64,000 nucleotides of DNA. Origin: Phoronis australis. Its lineage: Eukaryota > Animalia > Phoronida. The stretch covers positions 1 through 64,000 of the forward strand of contig NMRA01000105.1 of assembly GCA_002633005.1 (NCBI GenBank), read 5' to 3'. This document shows, piece by piece, positions 14,165 to 26,610 of this stretch. Under the pieces are notes generated by a model, which saw only the letters and a list, made by a program, of their open reading frames with translations, had not been told where the DNA came from and did not search any database. Positions within the stretch are counted from its first letter, which is position 1. Every line of letters begins with the position of its first letter. The position numbers and the translations under genes are program-made.

Positions 14165-15278
14165 TTACAAATATGTTGGAAATGTTACGTTGTTGGTTAC
14201 AGAGTGAGTATACTAGTAGCATTCTCATCTGAGGACTGACTTTGAGTGTGGGTGGATAGTGGACTGTCACAACACTGAAGGGGAAATCTACTTAAATGAA
14301 CATAAACTGTTCTTATTCAAAATTTTGTTAGTTGTGAATAATTATGTCACAGTAAAGTAATAACTTCATTGAAAATTATAAGAAATAGTGTTCGGAACTA
14401 CTTATTGAAAAATATGTCTGTGTTAACTTTTATGACTCATCATATTTGCACTATAGTCAATGAATGGTGATAAAATTATTTGAGTTACAAGAGGGTTGAA
14501 ATTTGAGCAGTGGTCAAGTTTTAGAGTTTGGAAATCAAAATTAGAATGCGGTGACTCACCATGTGAAAACACTCTTAATAATTAAATAAAGTTAAGGCTA
14601 GAGGTTGGTTGTTAATTTCATGAATTAGTTGATGAGTATAATGCCAGATAGCTAGCCTAGATATAGTGCAACAGGCTCCATCATTAGTATTTTTCCAAGT
14701 CATTTGTTGTGGCTTTGTTGTGTGTTGCAAGATTCAAAAATTACAACATGGCACTGTTTGTTTTGCCGTAATTCGTTCCTATTCCTACATAATACGCTAC
14801 TTTCCTCCTGAATGTGGGAGAATGAGAGAGAAATTGCTGGCAAAACACAAGTTTGTGTGGTAAACTATTGCATTGGTGGAAAAACATCACACGAGTACAT
14901 TTCATTGTGTTGTAGTTGTTCATTCGGAAACAAAGTCACTCACAAATATTTATAATCTTGCACCGTGGCTTCTACTAATAGATTGACCAGTCACCACGAG
15001 CCAGGCCATGTGTACGCTCAGTCCTTGCATACACAATCATTGAGTTGTATGAAACCTAACCTATCTACTAAATAAAGTAGGCTTGTTGTAGTAGAGATGG
15101 CAAGTGTCATGTCGGTATACTGAGGTAGTCCAGGAGATTCAACTCTCCTAACTTTTGCCACTTCTATGTGAGAGAATATATAGTGGGGGCCTTGATAACC
15201 TGAAGGGAAAAGTGGCTGTGCCTTTGGAGAGGGAAATTTTTTGGGATGAGCGGAAATTTCTACCCCCTCCCATCACCA

Positions 15279-15404
15279 TCAATACTAGGTGCACCCTCAA
15301 TACTAGGTGCACCCTCAATACTAGGTGCACCCTCAATACTAGGTGCACCCTCAATACTAAGTGCACCCTCAATACTAGGTGCACCCTCAATACTAGGTGC
15401 ACCC
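15279..15404. repeat. Minisatellite, 7 x 18 bp (TCAATACTAGGTGCACCC)
   Basis: Seven contiguous units with one G>A variant. This explains the repetitive ORFs at 15148-15448. Confidence 0.95.
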
Positions 15405-16799
15405 CATCCCTGTTGCAAGCCCTCATAGGATCTGCTTCAAGTAGCTAAAACTAACTTTTTGTGCTCTTTCAAATTGTCACTTGTGTGAGCTACGAGTGGT
15501 TTGAACGTCGAGGGGAATTTTTAATCATGTAAAGGGAATTTTTGTACCTCATGTAGGGAATTTCATGTGATTTTTCAATATTTTTGGGAGGGGAATGGGG
15601 CCGATGTTCAGCCCCAAAATTGAAGGATTGAGGCGTGAGGGCCCTGTATTGAGACAGAAGTTGTAACTGGAAAGTCACCAGTTAGAAAAAACGTGGTCAA
15701 TATGACAATATGCATGATACGCAGGTGCTGTGGACTGAGGTTTTAATTTTAAAAAGTTGATTTTGATGAGTTTTTCCAATTTGAACAAGTGTTAATTGTA
15801 AGTGAATTATGCCACCATTGTATTGTTAGTCTCCAATATGACATAAAAATTGTACAATAATGGCAATTCAATGACTGCAACTGTGTGATGTCTTTGTTAT
15901 TCAGCGTATTATTGTTAATGTAACCGGGCCCAGCACAAGCCTGCGTTTCATTGACGCACAAAACTCACGAAAACACAATATCACACAAGGCTTTGGAGAT
16001 ATCGCCGTGCATTAGAAGTGAAGCACGTGATCACTTCATGTTTACCATACGAAATTCTTGTATCTATGAAATGCAACCCTTATGTGCAAATGAGGAACTC
16101 GAAATTCACTAGGTTTCGCAAGTGAAGCAAGGGACCTTACCATAGAAATATCCATATTCAGGCAAATCACGTAGGTCCCTTATCCCACCAATGCCCTTAT
16201 GGTGATAGATTACTTTCTACTCTCAATCTATTCAAACGTCCAAAAGAAGGACTTATGTTCCCAGAGCGCCACCTCATGAATATGGGCTCTCATTAAAATT
16301 ATCTCTGTGGCGTATATAGCTATTGACACTTCATGTTGGTATTCTTAAATTTAGAGGTTAAACAATCGACTCGACATTCTCCCCAGCCTTTCTGAGTGTG
16401 TTGGGTCACAACGTTACAAATTTTGAGGTTTCACACTCAAATTTGACCACTACATTCAACTTTTGAGCACCCATGCTCAATGTATGATTGCATGTCATAC
16501 CAATTGTACTTTTAAGTGGTCTCAACCTGTGAAATGTTGGGATAGCAATGTCAGATTTGTCAGTCCAGTTCTCACTGCAGTCTTAATGTTACAATTTTTT
16601 CTTTGAAAATATTACCTTAACTATAATCTGCTTATTCACCAAGAAACGAACAACGGTAAAACGTCGTTAGTCTTCTCTTTGTGCCATTGTTCCCACCATA
16701 ATCAGTGTTAATCCTGGTGAGAGCAGTGCCACTGCTTCTTTTGCTGCATTTTGTAGCTCATATGTTTGTGAATTTGGCATTTTTCGTAATTTTTTTCAG

Positions 16800-19700
16800 T
16801 TGTCCAGACGATTTTTGCACCAATCCTTCACCCATTTTGTGAGACGACTTTCCAGGATGCACCTGAATTTAGACAACATTTTGTCAGCACCCAAAGATGG
16901 GGCAGTGGCGGCCATGTTGAATAAGACGTATATAAATGGCCAATGGGTGCATGCTGCTGACAATAAAACATTTGAAGGTAGGGTTCAGACACTTCGAGTC
17001 TTGTGGCAAATGATCCCATCACCTATGTTGGAACTAACTGGTTATTAGTCTGGTGGTACAGTTTCATCAAATTTCCTTCCTGCTATTTTTCAGATGTACA
17101 TAAATACTGTATAAAGCTTTCCAGATTGTATTATGGACCCATCATGTGACGCTGTTGAGGGCCTTGGAATAGTTGTTTGTTCTTCTATCAGATTTGAATT
17201 AATGAAGTGGAGATCCGACATTAAGGAAATCGTAGCGTGTGACAAATGAGATTTGGTGACAATTCAGACAATATTTTGTGATGTCCCTGTCATTGAAGGG
17301 CTTGACATAGTGATCTACAGGTCGCATTTGAAACCTGCTATGTGATTTGAGATTTTGGCCAATGTTAGCGACTTGGGCATTCCAACTCTTGTGAGCCGAG
17401 TCGCATCATCCAAAAATGCCCAACAGCATTTTAAATTTTTTTTGGTCAAGGTTATGCGACTCGAGATGGCTGTATGTGGGAGCTGCGTAAAATTTCAGAG
17501 TTGCGTGCTGGGCTTTTGGCCAGGTGGCAATAACAATTAAAACCTGGTAATTCTCCTACTATTAAGGGCTGTATTGATAGACCAGATTTTGACAGCACGT
17601 GTCCACCATCCTCAGGATGCAGGATGTTGTTGGTCATTCAAAGTAGCTTGTGGCGTCATGAGATTTACTTTGGTTCAAATCGTATGTTATTTCTAGTCAC
17701 CAACCCGGCCACTGGCGGCGTGATAGGTACGTTACCTGACATGAGAGGACAGGATACACAACAGGCCATTGAAGATGCTCACAAAGCCTTTCAGTCATGG
17801 AAGAATACCACAGCCAAGGTATGACATTTGTGGACAGGTGGATAGTTAGCCTTTGTGGTTGCCTGGTAAGGTTAGTGGTCAACTTTAAAATCACACTGTA
17901 GATCTGCCTGGGTTAAATAATTTGTTTGATTAACCTGTACTCATAATGTGTCTCCATTGACTTCAAAAGCCAAGATAAAACAAAATGGATAAGTCATCCG
18001 TAATGGAAATTCAGTGAGTTGTTTTAAAAACTGTTCTGAAGCCTTCGATGCAAAAAAATTAAATTCAATTTTTTTTAACTTTCCTATAGCTTTCAATGTT
18101 GTGGAGCACACTAACCATAGTGGAGGATGACTTTAATGCTGTGATTGGTTGTTCCAATTCTACGTAGTATGTATCGACCAATTATTGCTTGTGACTTGAG
18201 ATCAGCTAATTAACATATCGCCAGATAGTGTTTGCCGGTGTTCCAATCTGACAGTTGATGAACTGGTTGGGGTTTTCTTTGGTGTTTTTAATATGAAGTT
18301 GTTGGTTTTTTAAAAGCAGTGCAGTCCTGTGTCTCGTGAACCGGGCAAGAAAACTGTGCCAGGTGTTTATGTTTTCATGTTAACATTCATTTGGAAGTTA
18401 ATGGACATCTTAAGCTGACTGTTTGTGACAATTCTTAGCACCAACTGAGTGTGTCTCCACCCCGTTGTGTTCATTCTGTTGTGTTCATGGTCCTTTGGTC
18501 AATGTCCTTGTGTTACGCCTTTCATTTGTAATTGTATTTTCAGGAGCGAGCATCTATTATCCGCAAGTGGTATAACCTGGTTGTTCAAAATCAGCAAGAG
18601 CTTGGCCAGCTGTTGACTGCTGAAAATGTAAGTTGGCTTCTGCTGAAGTCATACAGATGTTTTGTCGAGAATCTCTGTGGACTATCTGAATAACTTGATT
18701 ACTGAGTTTAAGCAGGTTGAAATGACTGATGTGAATGACAGAAATCGTACGCAGGTCGTGTTATTTTTGCGTTAAAAGTGACACTACTTGTAAGTTTTAC
18801 GGCAATTACTGAAGATCATAATATTGGCGAGAATTGAGGTAAAATACCAAAGCTTTGAAATTTTTATGAGGTATATCGGAAGACTGTTGAATCAGCAGTA
18901 CCTAGGTGGCAGTTTTTAATTAGAGATTCAATGGTTCAGGTTATTCTTTCTCTAAGTGTATCTCTGAGGAACTGAAGTACAGGTGCTGCCACTTGTTAAG
19001 AGGTATAACCACAGAAGGGACTATCTGAACCTGTAGTCACTCACTACTCTACAGTCCTGAGATATTTTGTTGAACGACTGGAAACGAGGCACTGCCCCCT
19101 TTGTCTGGAAGATGTCAAGAGGCAGTCATCCAACCAGTGGGGCAGATCATGCATCAGTTGTCCAGAGCCAACTTGTAGCTGTCCCCTCTAGATGTCTGGG
19201 CGTCACTTTTTTGGCAAAGTATCCATGGACTGTATCTGGGTATAGCACTGAGGCCGTTCTTGTACCAAGAGAAAAAATGCATTTGATGTGTGACTGGGGC
19301 ACTTTTGTACCAAGGGGCAGTGTACAAAATGCATTGGTGTGTGACACCTTGGCGGGTCTTGTTCCAAGGGGTCATGTACAAAGTGCTTTGGTGTGTGACG
19401 GTTGCTCTTTTACCAAGGGGTTGTGTACTAAGTACATTGGTGTGTGACACCTTTTCCGCTCTTGTATCAAGGGGTCATGTACAAAGTACATTGGTGTGTG
19501 ACAAAGCCGTTATGAATTCATATGAAATACACTTAGTGATGGTATAAACTATTAGACATGTTTCAGGGCAAGCCTCAAGTTGAAGGCATGGGTGAAGTTG
19601 GGTATGCTGCAGGTTTCCTTGACTGGTTTTCTGAGGAAGCTCGACGTACATATGGGGAGACAATACCCACCTTTGCAGCCAATAAAAGACTGATGACAAT

Positions 19701-22700
19701 AAAGCAACCTGTTGGTGTCGTTGGTATGATCACACCTGTAAGTTGAAGGGGTAATATGAAACCTGCGTTTTCTCTCAAAAACTCGATGTTTGATGTAGGC
19801 CCCTTGCTGTTATAAAACTGGTCTTATCCTCCTACCGTACTCGGATTAGAAGCAATTACTAGGCTTTAGAAGAACTGAAATGCCATGTACTGTTTCAGAC
19901 CAGGCCTAAGAAGCTGCTCATTCCAGGGCTTTGCTATTCAAAACTAATAGGGGTAATAAGGCAATCTTCTCACCCAATACAATAAACCCGTTGTTAAGGT
20001 GTGCTTAGTTACACAGTCCAACTGGGACAGTTGTATGACTAAGAGCAGGGTTCACAAAGAACTACTTTCATTGACCTTGTATGTCAATTTCAAAAAGCTT
20101 ATTGTGTGTGAGTGACACCCATGATTTACAACCATCTGCAGAATTCTAAGCCACTTTGCGGACTGGCGGCCCCCTCCATGGCCAAAATGCTTGTCACAGC
20201 AGGTTTATTTCAGTCATTAAGGCTGTTTGGCCGTCATAGGAATTACAAATGAGTTTTTTAAAAGAACACAATGATGTTATTTTAAAAGAAGAATACGTCT
20301 GAAAACATTTCATTTTTTAAATCCAAAATGTGGTTTGTAGTGGGTTTTATTTCATCAGAAGGTTCACCTAAAACCACCGAGCATCACCTGCCCTTTTCCA
20401 TTTGATTGGCGTATTGCTTGTGGTGCATTGGTGGTCCAACATTATTTTAATACGTTTTAAAAAACGTATTAAATTTTGTCTTCAGCAACACTTTCATTTC
20501 TTTCTTTCCCCAGGAATCTCTCATTGATAATAATCGCAATAACTTGCAAATTGAGAAAAGGTTATAGTTGTAAGGTCATGAATTCAGATTTATCAAATTA
20601 AAAATATTTATGTTAAAAATTTTAAACGAAATGGTATAATTGCCAGTTTATTTATCAAACAATTTGTGCAGACTGGGTAGCATTTTACAAAAAACAACAA
20701 GCCACTGCAGATAGTGCCCAAAGATATGAGTTAATATTTAGCAATCATTTGACCTGTGTCTCTACTGTCTGACTGAACTTTATGTGATGGAATGTGGTAT
20801 CAACATTTTATGTCATCGCTAGTTACCGACACTGGTGTGTGAAATTTCAGTGGAATTTTCCCAGTGCCATGGTTACGCGTAAGGCTGGTCCTGCCCTGGC
20901 AGCTGGGTGCACAGTGGTGATAAAGCCGGCCGAGGACACGCCTTACTCTGCATTAGCGCTGTGTGAGGTAAGCAGTGTCTCAACTTGAACTTGGATTCAG
21001 GGCTTGGAATTTTCCGCGGAAACGTGGATTTCCGCTTTTTTCAAATGTGCTGTCCGCTTTTTTTATAATATTTCCGCGTAAAAAAAAATCGGATTTGATA
21101 TAAAATTTCCGCGGCAAATTCCTTTCTTACCGCGGCGTTGCAGACGACGTTCACCTCGAAAAGCGGAAGTTGCTCTTTATGTTTCGGAGGAACGTAAATT
21201 GTCAACATTGCCAGGGCACCTGGGACAGCGTGGTGGGATTTTCAATGGTGTCTCGCGTTATTGTTAAGCGCGGCGACAAATACTACCGCTCTGCAGCCAA
21301 AAATGTGTGGGGTTGGGAGTGGACGGGTGAGCTAAAAGGACGCAGACGCATGCTGCTGATGGTGGTAACGTTTTTTTTTTTTTTAGTCCCGATTTTTGTC
21401 GAGGAAAGGTTCACATTGACCATTTCAAGGCTGGTTAGCGGGCATGATTTCGGCAGTAAAAGTTTCCACGTTTTTTGTCATTGGTCATTCCAAGCCCTGT
21501 GGATTAGACACTCATTTGTAAACCATGTATTACAGAACTAAATAAGGGACATTTATCTTGAATTCGTTCTAGTTAATGCCGAAATATGAGCATAGTTTAG
21601 AGTTTGAGTTCCAATTCAGAGATTGTTATGTAAGCCTAGGGGTCTATCTTCATGCCTAATTCTCACATTTGCCACCTCGTGTCACACAACAATGGAGGAT
21701 GACGTCCTAGCATCTGTTTTGGTGACTTGTTCAGAAGTGTTATCAGGGCATAAACCACTTGGCGCATATGGGCTCATCAGTGTGCCATTCGTTTTGGTCT
21801 TGGCTAACCAAAACCCATGGGGTTAATAAAAACAAGTGTCTTCTCAACTGGGAACATAAATCCTTTGTTCAGCTGGGTTTACTTAAACAGGTCAATGTGG
21901 GGAGTTGTGTGGCTAAGAGGAGGATTTACAAAGTATAACATTCACTGCTCTTCCATGTCAATTTCAAAAGGCCTACTGTGTATGGGCGTATCCCATTATT
22001 TACAACCTTCTGCAAAATTCTGAGCCACCATACGGGCCAATTACCCCTTCTAAGCCCGAAATGTATGCAGTGTAGAGGTAAAAAAATATAAAAATAATTG
22101 CAGGCGGTCTGATACACGTTGTACCAAACGTGCGCAGGCCTCGCATGTGGGCCCATTGCACTGATCACATGGAAATATTTTTATGCTTTATTAATATATG
22201 GTTAAAAACGATCTGAGGAGCTAGAAACCTGGCTCAAGGGTTTAGCAATGTGACCTGGTGGGACTTGAACCCACGACCTGGAGTAAAGAAAGCGGGCACT
22301 TATCAACCAGGCCACACTGTAGAGGTAGTTATTGTCACCTTTGTTGAAAAGAGAATTATCAAGGACTATAGCCTAATGCTTGCTTGAGTTTAAACAGAAT
22401 ATCCAGTAATCTTACTGCAATTTGTGACTGATATTTTATTCCCTCTTTCTATGTCATCAAAAGTATATTCATCTCCCCTGTATATTGCAGCTGGCTGAAA
22501 AAGTATATTCATCTCCCCTGTATATTGCAGCTGGCTGAACATGCAGGTGTGCCTCCTGGTGTTATCAATGTAGTCACATGTTCCCGGCAGCACGCAGCTG
22601 AAGTGGGAAAGGTGATGTGTGAGCACCCCCTGGTGGCCAAGATCTCCTTCACAGGCTCAACAGATGTCGGGAAGGTAGGTGATACCAGTTAGCGATTGTG

Positions 22701-22891
22701 ACATTCTACCGTAAATTCTGTGAGACAATCATGTTGCGCTGAAAGACTTGTTTTTTACTTTCTTGATTGACCCCTGTTTTACTAAATGATCAGATTCCAC
22801 TACCTGTTGCTGGCAGAAATTATTAATGGGAATTCAGATTAAGACTGAAAAATGTTATTCAAGGTTGGCTAATGTCACTTATGCCCACACT

Positions 22892-22933
<42 letters not shown>

Positions 22934-25900
22934 TTAATAATAATAATAATTCAGTTTTGGAATTAATTATGGTAATTTTTCACTTATTTAGCGCATGATT
23001 ATAAAAGTGAACATCATTAACAGATGGCGCTGCATGCAAATTAGTAGCATCCTTAGTGAGTCATCAGTGGACCAACATAAAGCTGCATTTACAAATTACA
23101 CCCCTCTCAACGGGATCACCTGCAGACAGCACATTACCACACCCTTTGTGTTTCCAATGCAATAAACCTAATCTGGTGGAAATAATTACAAGTGTGATGC
23201 TTTCCAACTAAGATTTACACGCTCAGTTAACTCTAGCATGTCTTTATGAATAGGCTTGACTTGCTGCTTGGCTGGGGTAAGGCACCTCGCCTAGCCTAGT
23301 CTTGATGTAGCAAGATCTGTAAACGCTACATATTCTCATGGCATGAGGAAATTGTTTGCACATTGTGTACTAGAGTCTCATCAGTTCCTGTTGACTTTTG
23401 TGTTCAGTATTATTCGTATACTGTTAAACGGGAAACTTGATATTACGTTACTTCTCTGGCTGAATAATAGACTACTTGAGATGTTGTCTCTGTAAAGCTA
23501 ATATTGTTTGATATTTGCTGTGTTATGCTAGTTGATGAAAGATATGACCAGATGTATCCAGTGGTCTTTATGTCTTTCACACACAAATCTCTAGGGTTAA
23601 TGACAATATATTTTCCGTTTTAGCAACTGCTGCGTCAGAGTGCTGACACTGTCAAAAAAGTGTCGCTGGAGTTGGGTGGGTTGGCCCCATTCATTGTCTT
23701 TGATTCGGCTAACCTGGAGAATGCTGTGGAAGGTGCAATGGCCAGCAAGTTCAGGTGTAGTGGACAGGTAAAGTAGCCAGTAGGTGGACATTGATGAGCC
23801 AATGTTTTTTTAATGTATATTATGAAATATTCAGTACAATAAATATACATACCCAGAAAGTGCCTAGAGGCATTGTATCTGGGTTAAATACATACAAAGA
23901 AATCTATATTGTCAGCGTAATGCTGTGTCTTATACTGAGGCAACGCAACTACACATGGTCAGACAACAAAAATAAACAATTAACTTTGGTCATATTTCCA
24001 GATAGGTTGAGATAAAAATGGATACTGGACAATACAATAGCGTCACTGGGCTTAGCAGCCAGGATATTTTATTGAGTTGTGTCTGTCAGCAACGGCATGC
24101 CATCCACCCGTCAGAACCCTTTCAGTGTTGCCAACATCGCAACGTCTGGATTGCAACACACAGCTCAACAACAACTCTGGTAGCATGTAGCAGCAAAGCT
24201 TCGCTTTCGTTTTCTCTCCTGCATTCTCATTATCCTAAACATTCACGTTGTTAACTTGCTTATTGTCCCTTGTAGACTTGTGTCTGTGCCAACCGGTTCT
24301 ACATACAAGAGGGTATCCATGACCAGTTCGTCGCTGCTCTAGTCCAGAAGGTGGCAGCCCTGAAATGTGGGGACGGATCACAGGTGGGCATAACACAGGG
24401 TCCGCTGATCAACGCCAGAGCTGTGGACAAGGTGGAGGGTATCGTTAACGATGCCGTGCAGAAGGGTGCTAAGCTGGTACTTGGAGGCAAGCGACATGCC
24501 ATAGGTGACCAGTATTATGAACCAACAGTACTGACGGATGTGACTGTGGACATGAGATGTATCAAGGAAGAGATATTCGGGCCAGTGATTGCCATTATGA
24601 AGTGAGTGAACAAGTGGGTGTTGGTGCGGCTGTTACCCATAAAGCATTGCACCTTGCCATGAAGTTCACAAACATTTTAAGTCTGGTCTGCACGACACCT
24701 ATTGGGCACATCACCGGACCTAATGATGTGGCCAATAGGTGGCGTGCAGACCAGACTTAAAATGTTTGTGATCTGTATCTCCACACAGGTTTAAGATTTA
24801 CATATTTATGTTGCCATGAAGTATTGAGTTGTATTTGATAAGCAGTTGGATAGTACCTGTGTTAGCCCTGAAACATCCAAGTGCGACTGTTGTCATAGCA
24901 TTTATATTAACACTTTGCTATATTTTGCTTATGAACTTTCTCAGCACAGTTTAACATTATCAATATATACAAATAATTATGTAAATCGTGAACCGTCATG
25001 GAAATATAGATTGTAAGTCTGGTCTGCAGACCAAAATTAAAAATGCTTAAGAAGTATCAAAATTTATTTAAGAAAGAATAAGACAGTATTTATATTCCAC
25101 TTAATATAAACTGAATGTTTAACATTATATATACTTAAGAAAGATTGCAATTATACCAATTTTATGTGCCTCAGACTGAGTGGTATTCTGTGTATTCGTG
25201 AGCACTGTTCATTACAAATTCCTTTTGTTATTTTGTTATGATGGCTAGTTTCCCCATCCAAGCCCAAACTGGTTTGAAGGTTAAAACAAAGGTTATTTTC
25301 TAGGTTCAAAACTGAAGAAGAGGCTCTAGCTATGGCCAATGACTGCAGATATGGCTTGATGGGTGAGTGACTAGTGTTGTGGTTTTATGATTGTAATTGT
25401 AGATCAGAGTTCACTGTATGAAAAACTTCGTGAGCAATCAAGTACAGGTAAAAACTGGCTGTTGGATGATGATCTCGGATAGTTGGAGTTTGCCCATTGA
25501 ATTCCTGCTGCTTGGTCACCTATGTAATCCTTTACGATACCTCATTATGGCATAAAACGATGTGCCTGTTGACTGTTCAAAGCACAGCCAGCTGGCTCTC
25601 TGTTGTGTTGGCAGGCAATGAGGTAACTGAAACTTGTGCATATGTTGACGAAGTTAATTGGTTTTGGCTTGAATTTTCGTCTGTGTTATAGAAATAATTG
25701 CAGGCGGTCTGGTACAAGACATTTGTAGGCTGCTCATGTGGGCCCATTGCATTATACTAGATCCATCCTGGCTTGCTAAAGTGTATCAAAAAAGCTCAGT
25801 TCCAAATCACTCTTAAAACAATAAATTGAAAGTTGTCTTTAATCGATGTTGCTCATTTCCTTAGTCAAGCTGGCTCATGGTTGACAATGCATAGTTTTTC

Positions 25901-26610
25901 ACTATTTGACTTAGAGTTGAGGTCATTTATTGAGGTCCTAGATAACCTAGGCTATAATCCGGCATTCCGTCCAAGAAGCGGACTTTTGATTTAGACCACT
26001 TACTGCTTTGCTATAAAATTCACCAGATGGCAGTACACATCGAGTTGTACTGCCATCTGGTGACACAAAGTAGCAAACTTTTGATTTAGACCACTTACCG
26101 CCATGCAATTGGTCTCGCCTTGTTGAGAAGTGATTTCTGGGTAAACAACTAACAGTTCATTTACCCTTTTGACCCGATTCGTAAAATTACCCGCCATGAC
26201 AAGCCAGCTGGTAGAACCTGATCTCAACCAATCAGGAACTGTCAATTTTTTGAAGCCCTGAAATCATCTCCAATTTGACTTGGGAACAATTTGAGACCAA
26301 CTTCTCAACGATACGTGGTCTATATCAAAAGTGGAATTTGTAATGGAAGGGGGATTCATGGTATCTTTACCTATTCATATTTCATTGTATTCTCTTTCTA
26401 GGTTATGCATTCACGGGCGACATTGCCCAGTCTTTCAGAGTCTCTGAGAAAATGGAGGTTGGCATGGTGGCCATTAATGATGGGGTGATATCCTGTCACG
26501 AGGCGCCCTTTGGTGGGGTCAAGGAGTCTGGCCTCGGTCGAGAGGGGTCTAGATATGGCATCGACGAGTACCTGGAGATTAAATACATTGGATATGGCAA
26601 CATCAGTTAA
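16800..26610 (+). CDS. ALDH5A1: Succinate-semialdehyde dehydrogenase (ALDH5A1/SSADH), 10 coding exons; start exon uncertain
   Basis: GT-AG exons: 16800-16977, 17697-17818, 18544-18627, 19567-19737, 20851-20967, 22531-22674, 23624-23767, 24276-24601, 25304-25362, 26402-26610. They join in frame to 517 aa plus TAA. Motifs: [53 protein letters not shown] (catalytic Glu), GQTCVC (catalytic Cys), [36 protein letters not shown] at 26655. Confidence 0.96.
19258..19503. repeat. Degenerate tandem repeat, ~5 x ~50 bp, in ALDH5A1 intron
   Basis: Recurring CTTGTACCAAGGGG..TGTACAAA.TGCATTGGTGTGTGAC units. Confidence 0.85.
20998..21499. mobile_element. hAT-like MITE with 13-bp perfect TIR and 6-bp TSD
   Basis: CAGGGCTTGGAAT...ATTCCAAGCCCTG, flanked by TGGATT on both sides, with subterminal TTCCGC repeats. 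Confidence 0.8.
22093..22319 (-). mobile_element. tRNA-derived SINE
   Basis: The minus-strand head CAGTGTGGCCTGGTTG...GGGTTCAAGTCCCACC carries Pol III A and B boxes. A full homologous copy is at 53995-54211 and a 3' fragment at 25693-25752. Confidence 0.8.
22460..22539 (+). repeat. 2 x 40-bp tandem duplication containing the splice acceptor of ALDH5A1 exon 22531
   Basis: AAAGTATATTCATCTCCCCTGTATATTGCAGCTGGCTGAA occurs twice, back to back. Confidence 0.95.
22893..22950. repeat. (TAA)n microsatellite
   Basis: About 19 TAA units with one interruption. Confidence 0.95.
24666..24771. repeat. Near-perfect hairpin (48-bp arms, 10-nt loop), probably a palindromic mini-MITE
   Basis: TCACAAACATTTTAAGTCTGGTCTGCACG...CGTGCAGACCAGACTTAAAATGTTTGTGA with two mismatches. 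A collapsed relative lies at ~25014-25039. Confidence 0.85.
25983..26101. repeat. 71-bp palindromic insert flanked by 24-bp direct repeats
   Basis: Direct repeat CTTTTGATTTAGACCACTTAC(T/C)GC at 25983-26006 and 26078-26101. Insert TTTGCTA...TCACCAGATGGCAGTACA-8nt-TGTACTGCCATCTGGTGA...TAGCAAA. Confidence 0.85.

Noticed and set aside
15148-15448. Repetitive ORFs (VHLVLR / NTRCTL / APSILG) and a CRISPR-like look
   Set aside because: This is a contiguous 18-bp minisatellite with no spacers, and the open frames are a by-product. The context is eukaryotic with no cas genes.
19067-19547. Overlapping ORFs with LVPRG..LVCD repeats
   Set aside because: They derive from the ~50-bp intronic tandem repeat and are not in the SSADH reading frame.
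22240-22319. tRNA gene (also 54140-54211 and 34870-34945)
   Set aside because: A and B boxes are present, but there is no clean cloverleaf, and the heads at 22240 and 54140 continue into a shared repeat body. These are SINEs.
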